Source: Halobacteriovoraceae bacterium (GTDB lineage: Bacteria; Bdellovibrionota; Bacteriovoracia; Bacteriovoracales; Bacteriovoracaceae). Taken from it: 64,000 bases of DNA. Both the position numbers and the translations under genes were made by a program. The stretch lies in the NCBI GenBank assembly GCA_963719505.1, contig CAVRCF010000001.1, forward strand, positions 832,001 through 896,000. The letters run 5' to 3'. Numbering within the stretch: the first letter of the stretch is position 1; every line of letters begins with the position of its first letter. The notes beneath the pieces were generated by a model that made no database searches, was not told the DNA's origin, and saw only the letters and a program-made list of their open reading frames with translations. This document shows positions 29,397-39,223 of the stretch, piece after piece.

Positions 29397-29729
29397 CTAT
29401 TCATCAACAGTATAAGTCGGCATTGAATTATTAGGGTATATGTCTTTATTAAGCATTCTATTGTCAATAACATCAAGTAAATAGATTATTTGGTGTTTAG
29501 TTAATTTGAAAAAGAGTCTGTATCTTCCACCTGAAAAAGGCCACGATTGATCACCTGTTTTTGGATGAGGAGCCGGTGTTGTAGGGTTCTGTTTAATAAA
29601 TTGAACTACGTTATCATGAGCATCAATAAAGCTCTCAACTTGCATGATATCTTCTGTAGATTCAAAAATAAAATCTTCTATCTCTGTTAAAGACTTTAGG
29701 TATAGCTTTGTTGCTTTAACCTTTGTCAC
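29397..29729 (-). CDS. Type II toxin, RelE/ParE superfamily
   Basis: 110 aa; LKSLTEIEDFI...QNP...RYRLFFK..IYLLDVID pattern; start overlaps the antitoxin stop (TAGTG). Confidence 0.72.
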   Translation of the reverse strand: MTKVKATKLYLKSLTEIEDFIFESTEDIMQVESFIDAHDNVVQFIKQNPTTPAPHPKTGDQSWPFSGGRYRLFFKLTKHQIIYLLDVIDNRMLNKDIYPNNSMPTYTVDE

Positions 29730-29980
29730 TATGCTTTAAACCTTTTAAGTCTATTTTCTTTTGTTGGAAGTTCTTCAATTTCATCATCCAAAATATTGGC
29801 CATAGAGAGAAGACGTTTTTGAAGAGACATAATCTCCAGCTGCATTTTTGAGTATTGATCTTCATTTAAAAGGATGTAGTTCTCACCAGACCTTCTTTGA
29901 ATTCTAATAGGCTCTTGAGATGCTAAATCTAAGTAGTCTTTCATCTCGGCTCTTAATGTTTTTGGTGTTGTATTTTCCAT
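29729..29980 (-). CDS. Type II antitoxin, Phd/YefM family
   Basis: TPKTLRAEMKDYLDLA..EPIRIQRRSGENYILLNEDQY; AAGGAG RBS before ATG 29980. Confidence 0.8.
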   Translation of the reverse strand: MENTTPKTLRAEMKDYLDLASQEPIRIQRRSGENYILLNEDQYSKMQLEIMSLQKRLLSMANILDDEIEELPTKENRLKRFKA

Positions 29981-30192
29981 AAAAACTCCTTCAAAACTAT
30001 AGTACCACAAAGTGTACACCTAAGAAAGGCTAAGAGTGAAAATTACAATCAAACTTCGACTACATATTGACTACATTGGATAGAAATAACCCGAAATACA
30101 CCAAAAAGAACAGTACTCAAAGATGAGTTAACTCTATGTTATTATTAATAAAAGTGAATGATTTTAAAAACTTGTAAAACTACCTTAAGGCA

Positions 30193-30256
30193 CTCATAAC
30201 CCGAAGGTCGTTGGTTCGAATCCAGCTCCCGCAACCATTTAAATTCAATAATTTCA
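30193..30256 (+). repeat. att site (right copy; duplicated 3' half of tRNA-fMet)
   Basis: Identical to 25625-25688; followed by the AGCCACTT/AAGTGGCT terminator at 30265-30289. Confidence 0.95.
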
Positions 30257-30397
30257 GATCATATAGCCACTTTCACAAGTGGCTTTTTTGTTTCTCTTAT
30301 GACTATTTTCATCAAAGCCTACCCTGTAAATTTATCTCTTAGTCTTTCCCCAAGTGATCAACAAGAGTATAACTCCTTTAAATAAAAGGAGATTTTT

Positions 30398-30802
30398 ATG
30401 AAATATATTTTGGCCCTAATGGTCGTTTTCTCTACAAGTGTTTTGTCTGCTGAAATTGAAGATGGAAATTTTGAAATAGCTTTCGATGGATATGTGAGCA
30501 CAATTAGTCGCTGTTCAACTTTTACTGATGGTCGCGTGGTCGGTATCTCTAATTCACAAACAGCACCTTTGACCTTTACCTATGAAATGGAAGTGCCTGC
30601 TCAAACAGATTTATCTGTTGAATCTTTTTCTACGACAAAAAAATTGGGAGCACTCTCAGCTGAAGGTTTCTGTGCAGCTCAAAACCTTTTAAGTTCACTT
30701 GAAATCACATACACGAAATCTTTGAACACTGTTAGCATGAGCTACAAATATAGATGTAACAGAAAACTTGTCACCAAAACAGTTTCTTGTTCACAAATCT
30801 AG
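30398..30802 (+). CDS. Secreted hypothetical protein
   Basis: AAGGAG RBS, signal peptide, 4 Cys. Confidence 0.7.
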   Translation: MKYILALMVVFSTSVLSAEIEDGNFEIAFDGYVSTISRCSTFTDGRVVGISNSQTAPLTFTYEMEVPAQTDLSVESFSTTKKLGALSAEGFCAAQNLLSSLEITYTKSLNTVSMSYKYRCNRKLVTKTVSCSQI

Positions 30803-31623
30803 AGAAGAATCAATTGGCTTTCAACGATAAAAAAAATAAATGGCTGTTCTTGTTGATGGCCATTTTTTTTGTTCCAAGCGCTCATAGTTCCATTACTAAG
30901 TCTCAGTATGATTCAATTCTCGATGAAATTTATGAAGCCTATAAACCCAAATATTCAAATGCCAAAGCGGTTTTTAAGATCAATAGATCATGGGATAATC
31001 CAAAGGTTAATGCCAAGGCAAGGATTGAGGGCAACAACTGGATTATCGACATGTGGGGAGGATATCCCAAGCATGAGATGGCCACAGTTGATGGATTCTA
31101 TGCCTTTACTTGTCACGAGATTGGTCATCACTTTGGAGGGTTTCCTTTTTGGAATGAACCCAACGCTCTTTGGGCAAGCGCAGAAGGGCAGGCGGACTAC
31201 TTTGTCACAACGAAGTGTTTGAGGATGTTGTGGAAAACCGCTAAAAATAAAACAGCTCTTGAAAATAAAAAGATTGAACCTCTTATTTTAAACAGTTGCT
31301 CAGAGCAATTTAAAAATCAAGATGATTATTATCTTTGCGTGCGTTCTGCCAACGCTGGATATGAAATGCTTGCACCCCTTGCGTATAAATTTGAAAACCT
31401 CTCTGTTGCAAAACCAAACCTATGGGTGACGACCTTCACCTTCGTCAATCAACACCCTGGAGATCAATGTCGTTTGGATACATTGTTTCAAGGTGCTCTT
31501 TGCCAGGTAGATGAAAGAGAAGACTTCGATTCTCAAGATGAAACGATAGGCGCTTGCTCTCGACTCAGTGGTCATGACCTTGGAGTAAGGCCACGTTGTT
31601 GGTTTTTACCAAGAGGTTATTAG
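30787..31623 (+). CDS. Secreted zinc metalloprotease (HExxH)
   Basis: VNAKA, CHEIGHHFGG, EGQADYF, HP..QCRLDT (M48-like layout); start uncertain. Confidence 0.78.
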   Translation: MFTNLEKNQLAFNDKKNKWLFLLMAIFFVPSAHSSITKSQYDSILDEIYEAYKPKYSNAKAVFKINRSWDNPKVNAKARIEGNNWIIDMWGGYPKHEMATVDGFYAFTCHEIGHHFGGFPFWNEPNALWASAEGQADYFVTTKCLRMLWKTAKNKTALENKKIEPLILNSCSEQFKNQDDYYLCVRSANAGYEMLAPLAYKFENLSVAKPNLWVTTFTFVNQHPGDQCRLDTLFQGALCQVDEREDFDSQDETIGACSRLSGHDLGVRPRCWFLPRGY

Positions 31624-32000
31624 AAACAGCTAAGAGTTGCTATTAACTGATTTTCACCCGTAAAATCTTTTCCCAGCAGTTGGCCTTTTTTGGTTTGCGA
31701 GTTGGCAATAATTCTAAACTCAGGCTTTTTTCCGTTTTTGTTGAATTTAAAATCCTTATTAAATCCAAAGTTGTCCTGAGGTCTAATCGAATCACCTCTG
31801 TCACTAGAGAAACTATCTTTTCCTATAAAAATATGAAAACCATTGAGACGATCCTGCTCGATGAGGACTTTATTATTAATTTTTGAGTCCAAATCTTTTT
31901 TAAAGAAAGTTGGATCAAAGAGGTCCTCAACCTGACAAGAAATTTTCGTCTGTGCATAGGTGGAGGTACAAAGAATAAGTGTTAAAAAGAGTATTTTCAT
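31620..32000 (-). CDS. Secreted hypothetical protein
   Basis: GAGGG RBS; signal peptide MKILFLTLILCTSTYA. Confidence 0.65.
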   Translation of the reverse strand: MKILFLTLILCTSTYAQTKISCQVEDLFDPTFFKKDLDSKINNKVLIEQDRLNGFHIFIGKDSFSSDRGDSIRPQDNFGFNKDFKFNKNGKKPEFRIIANSQTKKGQLLGKDFTGENQLIATLSCF

Positions 32001-32171
32001 ATCCCTCAAATAGCCCAAAATATCCTCAAATCCTATAGGAGTGAAGATTTTTCTTTGTCGATAAATTAAACAGTGCCCTGTGAGTCTACATCAAAAAGAG
32101 TTATAAGGTGCTGAATTTATGAAGGTTGGATGGCATCAAACTTGTAAGTAATAACCCTAACAAAGGATATT

Positions 32172-33092
32172 ATGATGAAGTTTATACTGTTATTACTACC
32201 ATTACTTGCGTTTTCAAAGTCAAAAAACTTTGATCTAAGGCAACTGGCCGATGATTTTAATGTCAAAGTGTCTGAAGATGGAAAGTGTCTTTATACTCGT
32301 AACCAAGTTAATAATGTTCAGCTTTATAATCGTTTTAATACACCTCTTAAAGATAGAGTGACGGAACTTCAGGATCAACCTTTAGAGCCCTATTGGAATT
32401 GTATCTACCTTCAAAGAAACTTCCGTCGAGACAATATTGGATTTTTTATCACCAAAGATGAACTAGAACGCTCTCTAGAAGAAAAATCTGGAAGTACAGT
32501 TCAGGTTAGCGGAAAGATGAGATACGTGGGAATTGTTAACAAAAAATATAGATATGATCTAAGACATGAAAATGGTGTCACGACAGCCACCGTAAGAGTT
32601 CACTTTGATATGAAAAAAATGCCAGACAATGCAAACATTCGAACAGTTCATTCTATGATCGATGAAAAAATCCAAGGCGCTGAAAATATTTGGAACTCAA
32701 TGGCTCCAAGTAAATATAGATTTAATTTTTTAAGAGTTAATAAAGAACAAGACGCATTCTTTAGCGTTAAGTTGCTTGAAAAAGATACTCGAGGACCTTA
32801 CGATACTCGCTGGAGTCTGCAGTGGAGTGATAAAACAATCGCTCACGAGTTTGGTCATATGCTTGGACTTGATGATGAGTATGATCAAATAACGGGCTCA
32901 TTCTTGGGTGGAATTAATAGGGTTTTAATTAATCGTTCAAATGGAGAGCATCTTCATTCGTTCTCTGATCGCTATAATTTTGGTCATATTAAGGCCATGC
33001 GATGTGATATGGGATCCATGATGTGTAATCACTATCAGGGAAAATTTAATGACTGGCACTTCTACACGATCTTTAAGCGTTTCTTTCAATAA
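32172..33092 (+). CDS. Secreted metzincin-like metalloprotease
   Basis: Signal peptide; AHEFGHMLGLDDEY and downstream SMM Met-turn. Confidence 0.8.
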   Translation: MMKFILLLLPLLAFSKSKNFDLRQLADDFNVKVSEDGKCLYTRNQVNNVQLYNRFNTPLKDRVTELQDQPLEPYWNCIYLQRNFRRDNIGFFITKDELERSLEEKSGSTVQVSGKMRYVGIVNKKYRYDLRHENGVTTATVRVHFDMKKMPDNANIRTVHSMIDEKIQGAENIWNSMAPSKYRFNFLRVNKEQDAFFSVKLLEKDTRGPYDTRWSLQWSDKTIAHEFGHMLGLDDEYDQITGSFLGGINRVLINRSNGEHLHSFSDRYNFGHIKAMRCDMGSMMCNHYQGKFNDWHFYTIFKRFFQ

Positions 33093-33169
33093 CAAGTTAA
33101 ACTCTATTTGCTGCCCTGATCTCGATGATGAGGGCTTTTTTTTTAAGCAAAGCCGTGTATGATAAAAAG

Positions 33170-33787
33170 ATGAAATTTCTAATCCTTATTCTTTTATTGA
33201 GTTGTAATCTTCTGGCAAAGTCAGGGCGCATTTATTCGTTGGGAGCTGGAGTGAATTCAGTATCCTCGAGTGATAGTTCAATTGAAAGCATTGGTGATGG
33301 ATCATTTGTGCGGTTATCTCACGAAGGACTTTTGGCCAAGAAACTTCTCTACGTTGTAGGGGCTGGTTATTCTCAAAATGATTTAAAAGTTAATTATGAA
33401 TATGAAGGCACAAGTTCGACAACGAGTCTTGGAGACTTTGATGCAACATCAAGTCGAATTGAAGGAAGGCTTGGCTTAAAATATAACTTTTTTCATTGGC
33501 TTTATCTTGGAGGTGGGGCCATCTTTGGTGATTTTAGACTTGAATACGACAGAGATGATTTTATAAGAGAGTCGAATGTCACAGATAATTTTATAAAGTC
33601 GGAAAACAAAAACTTCTTTGGAAGCTATGGAGAAGTCGGTTTAATGCATGTCTATAAGAATATTGGTTTCCGAGTTGGTGCAGAGATTGCGGCTGTGACA
33701 ATGTCTGATAAGCTTGAGACTTTAGGAGATTCTAAGCCAAATCTAAGCAGTCAAAAGTTTTATATTGAGATTCTTTGGAAAAACTAA
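33170..33787 (+). CDS. Outer-membrane beta-barrel protein (small)
   Basis: Signal peptide from ATG 33170; alternating strands; ends FYIEILWKN. Confidence 0.65.
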   Translation: MKFLILILLLSCNLLAKSGRIYSLGAGVNSVSSSDSSIESIGDGSFVRLSHEGLLAKKLLYVVGAGYSQNDLKVNYEYEGTSSTTSLGDFDATSSRIEGRLGLKYNFFHWLYLGGGAIFGDFRLEYDRDDFIRESNVTDNFIKSENKNFFGSYGEVGLMHVYKNIGFRVGAEIAAVTMSDKLETLGDSKPNLSSQKFYIEILWKN

Positions 33788-33800
33788 TAGTCTGAGCTCT

Positions 33801-34271
33801 ATGAAAACTCGCACTCTCGTTATTATTCTTGTTCTTTGCACGACATTGTTTACCTACCTAACGGTGCAAAAAATGAAAGCTAATGCCCATAGGGCCTATA
33901 AAGTCCTTCTTTGGGAGAAGTACGATCTGTGTTTTCTCGTTGCTCCAAAATTTATCATTAAAAAAACAGAGAATGGTTTTGATTATGAGTCGCCTGAAAT
34001 TGTTAAAAGAGATAAAACAAAAAAGAATGTCGGCTCATTTACCATTCATGAAAGAGCGCTAGATCCTAAAAAGAAAAAGTCCTATTTTGGAGATTTTGAG
34101 GGAGCATATTCTAAAGAGATTGATCTCAGAATTTTTGAGTACAAAATAACTCCCGACATCGTTTTGATGGATACATTTGATTTTGCGACTAAAGAATACC
34201 CCAATCTTCTTCCGGTTAAAGCTAATTGTTCTAAGTACTTAGAGCGATTTCCTGTCTTAGATAAACTGTAA
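33801..34271 (+). CDS. Membrane-anchored hypothetical protein
   Basis: N-terminal TM segment from ATG 33801. Confidence 0.6.
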   Translation: MKTRTLVIILVLCTTLFTYLTVQKMKANAHRAYKVLLWEKYDLCFLVAPKFIIKKTENGFDYESPEIVKRDKTKKNVGSFTIHERALDPKKKKSYFGDFEGAYSKEIDLRIFEYKITPDIVLMDTFDFATKEYPNLLPVKANCSKYLERFPVLDKL

Positions 34272-34336
34272 ACTTTACATTTTAAATCGAGTCTTGCTTG
34301 CACTGTGTTATATCTTCCTTACTTTAAGGAGATTTT

Positions 34337-34705
34337 ATGCGTGCACTTATACTGATAGTTTTGGGATTCACGATTTCTGCAGGCGCTTTTGCGCAGGAAG
34401 AGAAACAAATACCTATATGCTCTCTTTTCTATGCAAAGTCGGTAAAGGCAAAACTTCTTCCAAACACTCTTGATAAATATAAACACTGCGCAGTCTCATG
34501 CATGTTGGCAAGAAGATGCGGAGGCCTTGATTCTCTCAATATTGGGATCCTTAAAGAAGTGTGGGATCTGTTTACTCCTGGAAACGCCGAGATGGATGAT
34601 ATCAAAGCAGACCTTATCGGTATTAGATTTTACACAACGAAGATGGCGACAACAGATAGAGAATGTAACAACAGATGTAATGAATATGACTGGAATAATC
34701 TTTAA
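34337..34705 (+). CDS. Secreted Cys-rich hypothetical protein
   Basis: AAGGAG RBS, signal peptide, DKYKHCAVSC motif. Confidence 0.7.
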   Translation: MRALILIVLGFTISAGAFAQEEKQIPICSLFYAKSVKAKLLPNTLDKYKHCAVSCMLARRCGGLDSLNIGILKEVWDLFTPGNAEMDDIKADLIGIRFYTTKMATTDRECNNRCNEYDWNNL

Positions 34706-34723
34706 CCCCTTTTGGAGGATACG

Positions 34724-35401
34724 ATGAAAAAATTATTAACGATTGCCCTGACGGCTTTGTCAGTAGGCGCTTTTGCAAACACAGTTTACCTGGATAACGC
34801 TTCAGTAGATCTTGGATCTAATCAAGCGACTTTAGAGAAAACAAGCCAAACTCCAACAAGTGTCAATCTTGTTGTTACTGTACCGACTCAGATTGAAAGA
34901 TGTGAACCAGCTGATATGAGAGTTGAAAACAGAGTCATCACAAGTGGAGCTCGTTGTGGATACGACACGATCAGAACTTATTGTGGTGGTGGATTTGGAG
35001 GGATTGGTCATCCTGGTATTGGTTATAACCCACCAAGAGTTGGCGTAAGAATTGGTGGCGGTCGTGGTCGCGGTCGTGGTGGAAGAGTTGTTATTCCAGC
35101 TGGAAGAAGATACAACCCGATCAGAAATAATTCATGCTTAAGAACCGTTGCAAGAACGTGTACTGTTAGTGAAAGATATTGTGTCAATCCTCAGTATGTA
35201 ACTGTTGATAAAGTAAAAAACTTTACTCTTCAGTTTGATAAATTTAATAAGGATGCGTCGATTGCATTCTCTTTAGACCAAAATAACAAACTTGAACTCG
35301 ATGTCCTAAACATGGAAGCGAGCTGTATTAAGAAAACAGTTTATGGAAATGATGGTGTGACTACTGGAGCGAAGTTAAAGTTAAGAAGAAGATGTAGATA
35401 A
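34724..35401 (+). CDS. Secreted protein with a Gly/Arg-rich insert
   Basis: GGAGG RBS, signal peptide, GGGRGRGRGG; terminator at about 35416-35444. Confidence 0.72.
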   Translation: MKKLLTIALTALSVGAFANTVYLDNASVDLGSNQATLEKTSQTPTSVNLVVTVPTQIERCEPADMRVENRVITSGARCGYDTIRTYCGGGFGGIGHPGIGYNPPRVGVRIGGGRGRGRGGRVVIPAGRRYNPIRNNSCLRTVARTCTVSERYCVNPQYVTVDKVKNFTLQFDKFNKDASIAFSLDQNNKLELDVLNMEASCIKKTVYGNDGVTTGAKLKLRRRCR

Positions 35402-35484
35402 TTATAAAGTAAATCAAGGCCAGGAGAAATCCTGGCTTTTTTTTTGCTCGCTTTTGTGGCATTCTGTTGGCTATTGGAGTTGAC

Positions 35485-36486
35485 ATGAAAACAGTACTTA
35501 CAGGAATTAAACCCACGGGGATGGCCCATCTTGGAAATATGCTCGGAGCAATAAAGCCGGCTATTCAGATGTCCAACTCCGCTGAAAATTTGCAATCAAT
35601 CTTTTTCATTGCCGACTACCACGCTCTTACCTCAGTGAGAGATCCAAAAAAATTCAAACAAGATGTTTATGGAATAGCGGCGACATGGATTGCCTTGGGT
35701 TTAGATACGGATAAGGCCATCTTTTACAAACAGTCAGATGTGCCTGAGATTTTTGAGCTTCAATGGATCTTAAGCTGCATGACTCCTAAAGGAGACATGA
35801 ACAGGGCCCACTCTTATAAAGATAGAGTTCAAAAAAATATTGAAGAGAAAAGAGATCAAGATCACGGCGTGAATATGGGGCTTTTCTCTTATCCAATTCT
35901 AATGGCCGCAGATATTTTAATGTATGATACAGATCTCGTTCCGGTTGGGAAGGATCAGATTCAGCATATTGAAATCGCTCGCTCAATAGCCGGTCGAATA
36001 AATGAGTACTACGGGGATGGAACCTTGAAAGAGCCAAAAGAATTGATCCAGGACTCATCAGCTTCCTATGTTGTGGGTCTTGATGGTAGAAAAATGAGTA
36101 AGTCCTACGATAATACGATTGGTATTTGGGAATCCGAAAAAAGATTAAAAAAGTTGATCAATAAAATTAAAACAGACTCCTCTGATCCCGATGCTCCAAA
36201 AGATCCAGATAATTCAGCCATTATGGATTTGTTTAAACTTTTTGCCTCTCCAGAGGATATCGAAAAAGAGCAGCAGCAGTACCGAGAAGGTATTGGCTGG
36301 GGATATGCAAAAATGCATCTTTTTGACCAAGTAAATGCTTACCTTAAAGAACCAAGGCTTCGTTATGAAGAACTTATGCAAAACACTCAAGTTCTTGATG
36401 AGGTTTTAGATAAAGGTGCCCAAAGGGCGCGAGCGATTGCCAAGCAGACTCTAGCAAGAGTGCGAAAAAAGATGACTGATTTCTAA
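35485..36486 (+). CDS. trpS: Tryptophan--tRNA ligase
   Basis: TGIKPTG.AHLGN, ADYHA, YPILMAADIL, VPVGKDQ, KMSKS. Confidence 0.96.
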   Translation: MKTVLTGIKPTGMAHLGNMLGAIKPAIQMSNSAENLQSIFFIADYHALTSVRDPKKFKQDVYGIAATWIALGLDTDKAIFYKQSDVPEIFELQWILSCMTPKGDMNRAHSYKDRVQKNIEEKRDQDHGVNMGLFSYPILMAADILMYDTDLVPVGKDQIQHIEIARSIAGRINEYYGDGTLKEPKELIQDSSASYVVGLDGRKMSKSYDNTIGIWESEKRLKKLINKIKTDSSDPDAPKDPDNSAIMDLFKLFASPEDIEKEQQQYREGIGWGYAKMHLFDQVNAYLKEPRLRYEELMQNTQVLDEVLDKGAQRARAIAKQTLARVRKKMTDF

Positions 36487-36517
36487 ACATAAAGTCATAG
36501 AAAACCGATACTTAAGT

Positions 36518-37792
36518 GTGAGATACCTTTTAAGTTTAATATTCATTTTGGCCAGCTCCTGTACTTCTGTATCTCGGCAAATAGCCTCAGATTTCGATAT
36601 TCCTTTATTTATTTATCATAAGGAATGCCCAAGTACTTTTGACTTATCATCTCAGTGCTTAGTTCTCAGCACAAACGTTGAACTGTCCAAAAGAAGTGAG
36701 TACCTAGGCTCCTTTGATTTTCCCCTTCCTAAAATAGAATCCCCTTACTATGAGCAAATTCCTTATTTTATAAAATTAGCCTCAAACAAGGTTGACTGTG
36801 AATACTCTGACTCTGTTACTAAAGTTAAAGAGGGATACTTTAAGATAAAATCAAATGTCGAAAAAGAATTTTTAAGATGCAGGTCAAAGAGTTCAGATGC
36901 AGAAATTGGCTTCAGTTATATTCTTCCGGTGATGTCACCTTTTCCTGTCAGAGAGGCTGAATGGATGAGGGGCTTTTTTCCCGATGTCGTCTCACAGACA
37001 GAGTTAAAACTCTCACAGATATATAACAAGTGGTTTGAAGCAAAGATGAGGCTTGGCTCAGACTTTACTGTATCAGATGGAATAACCTACAGAGGGCGGG
37101 AGCTTCTGGTTAAGTATTTTAATGATACTTCATATCAAGTCATTAGCCCGAGAAAGTTTGGTTATCAATTTGAAAAAACTCTGAATGAGGGGGATCTTTT
37201 AATCATCAAAGATGTGGATGGATATGTCTTTCATTCAAGACTTGGAAGTACAGATCATGGTGGCTTTTCCACAGAGACTTTTGTTGAAGAGGGAAGAGCT
37301 GGAAGAAGGTACTTGGAAACAACAAGGATAAAACCTTTTGAATTTTTCTGTCAGCACAATAGTAAGGTTTATGACTTTAGGTTGAAAAGTGATCTCCTCT
37401 TTGATTCACCCGGAACAGTAAAATGTGGGATCAATGCCAAGAAGAGTTTCTTTATCCCTTTAGTTAAGCCTAAAGGACAGACGGAGTTTTATGTCCAACA
37501 TATGAATGTTGAAAAAAGTATTGAGCTTATTCCCAGTCATATTGAAAATGCAAAAACCAAAATTAAAAATAAGATAAAAAAAATGAATGAAGAGAATCAG
37601 TATCATTTTAGAGCGTGGATCTATAGGGCCATTGCTAAAAAGGAAAAAGAAATTGAGTTTGAGCTTGAAGTTGATTCACTTTTTGCACCGTCTATTCGCG
37701 TGGGAGATAAAGAACTTCCTCGTCAAAAACTTGAGGTCTGTGGAATGCTTAAGAAAAGCTCCCGTTTCTGGAGAGGTCAATGCTTTGGTTGA
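36518..37792 (+). CDS. Putative lipoprotein, hypothetical
   Basis: Lipobox-like LASSC; 424-aa ORF; C-terminus possibly frameshifted. Confidence 0.65.
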   Translation: MRYLLSLIFILASSCTSVSRQIASDFDIPLFIYHKECPSTFDLSSQCLVLSTNVELSKRSEYLGSFDFPLPKIESPYYEQIPYFIKLASNKVDCEYSDSVTKVKEGYFKIKSNVEKEFLRCRSKSSDAEIGFSYILPVMSPFPVREAEWMRGFFPDVVSQTELKLSQIYNKWFEAKMRLGSDFTVSDGITYRGRELLVKYFNDTSYQVISPRKFGYQFEKTLNEGDLLIIKDVDGYVFHSRLGSTDHGGFSTETFVEEGRAGRRYLETTRIKPFEFFCQHNSKVYDFRLKSDLLFDSPGTVKCGINAKKSFFIPLVKPKGQTEFYVQHMNVEKSIELIPSHIENAKTKIKNKIKKMNEENQYHFRAWIYRAIAKKEKEIEFELEVDSLFAPSIRVGDKELPRQKLEVCGMLKKSSRFWRGQCFG

Positions 37793-38002
37793 AATAACAC
37801 AGGCTAAGGCCCATTATGGGACGCATGTGAGGGACATTTCTGTGCCGACCTCCCAAGTTTTGAGAAGTCAGATCATTTACACTGAAAGTTCTAAGCGATG
37901 CTTTCCAATTGACGCAGAGTCTCTGATAAAAGAGAGATATTTGCGTTCAGTTCTTTTTTACGAACCTTAAATTCTCTTGTATTCTGGGTAAAAGGATTAA
38001 CC

Positions 38003-39223
38003 ATGAAAAAAATAACTATTTCACCTGAAGTGCAGTTAGCGGAACTCAAAAGAGGGGCAGCTGAAATCGTTCCTGAAGACGAGTTGTTACAGAAGTTAAA
38101 AAAGTCATACGACTCAGACACTCCACTTGTCATTAAATTTGGAGCCGATCCCTCAAGACCCGATATTCACCTGGGCCACAGTGTCGTTATTCAAAAACTA
38201 AGACTACTTCAAGACTTTGGACACGATATTCATTTTCTTATTGGTGACTTCACTGCAAGAATTGGAGACCCAACTGGTAAAAGTAAAACACGTCCCATTT
38301 TGACAGATAAAGAAGTCATGGAAAATGCAAAGACGTATGCCCAGCAGATTGGAAAAATCCTAGATATGGAAAAAACGAAAATCGTTTTTAACAACGACTG
38401 GTTAAGTAAGCTGACTCCAATTGATATGATAAGTCTGATGGCCAAAGTGACCGTTAGCTCCATGCTTGAGCGCGATGACTTTAGCAAAAGATATAAAAAC
38501 CAAGAAGCCATTTATATGCACGAATTTGCATACCCAATTATGCAAGGCTATGACTCAGTAGAGATCAAGTCTGATTTAGAACTTGGAGGGACGGATCAAA
38601 CCTTTAACCTCATGGTAGGAAGGCACCTTCAAAAAGCTCACGATCAATCACCTCAGTGTATTTTAACAATGCCGATTCTCGAGGGAACTGATGGTGTTAA
38701 TAAAATGAGTAAGTCGCTAGATAACTATATCTCCCTTGAAGATACTCCAACGGATATGTTTGGTAAGATGATGTCCATCTCTGATGAACTGATGATTAGA
38801 TACTATAACCTTCTTTCTAGACGAAAAGCTTCTGAAGTTGAAGCCATCATTACCGGGCTTAAGGATGGCTCTAGACATCCGATGATTTCAAAAAAAGAGC
38901 TCGCAGTGGAAATCGTTAATTACTACCATCCTGAGGGAGCCGGGGAAGAAGAGAGAAAGAAATTTGAAGAGCGCTTTTCAAAAAATAAAATTCCAGATGA
39001 TATCGAGACGAAAGAGGTTTCTTCTGGTGTACTCGATCTTCTCACTTTTATGACGGAGCTTGAGTGGATTAAATCAAACGGAGAAGGGCGAAGACTCTTT
39101 AAACAAAATGCGATCAAGATAAATTTTAAAGCTCATAAAGAGATTGAACTTAATATTGAATCGGGTGAAGAGTATATTTTAAAAGCTGGAAAGCTTCGCC
39201 TCGTAAAAATTGTAGGTCAGTAG
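38003..39223 (+). CDS. tyrS: Tyrosine--tRNA ligase
   Basis: GADPS..DIHLGH, IGDPTGK, YPIMQGYD, GGTDQTFN, KMSKS, C-terminal S4-like domain. Confidence 0.96.
   Translation: MKKITISPEVQLAELKRGAAEIVPEDELLQKLKKSYDSDTPLVIKFGADPSRPDIHLGHSVVIQKLRLLQDFGHDIHFLIGDFTARIGDPTGKSKTRPILTDKEVMENAKTYAQQIGKILDMEKTKIVFNNDWLSKLTPIDMISLMAKVTVSSMLERDDFSKRYKNQEAIYMHEFAYPIMQGYDSVEIKSDLELGGTDQTFNLMVGRHLQKAHDQSPQCILTMPILEGTDGVNKMSKSLDNYISLEDTPTDMFGKMMSISDELMIRYYNLLSRRKASEVEAIITGLKDGSRHPMISKKELAVEIVNYYHPEGAGEEERKKFEERFSKNKIPDDIETKEVSSGVLDLLTFMTELEWIKSNGEGRRLFKQNAIKINFKAHKEIELNIESGEEYILKAGKLRLVKIVGQ

Noticed and set aside
30193-30237. Second tRNA-Met gene
   Set aside because: Only the 3' half is present; it is the att duplication.
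35055-35082. GGTCGT-type tandem repeat, also GCT runs in ahcY and ACAAAC repeats at the end of scpA
   Set aside because: Low-complexity coding sequence, not independent repeat elements.
37793-38002. T-box leader upstream of tyrS
   Set aside because: A hairpin with T-tract is present near 37911-37959, but there is no T-box consensus (GGTGG.ACCGCG) or specifier stem.
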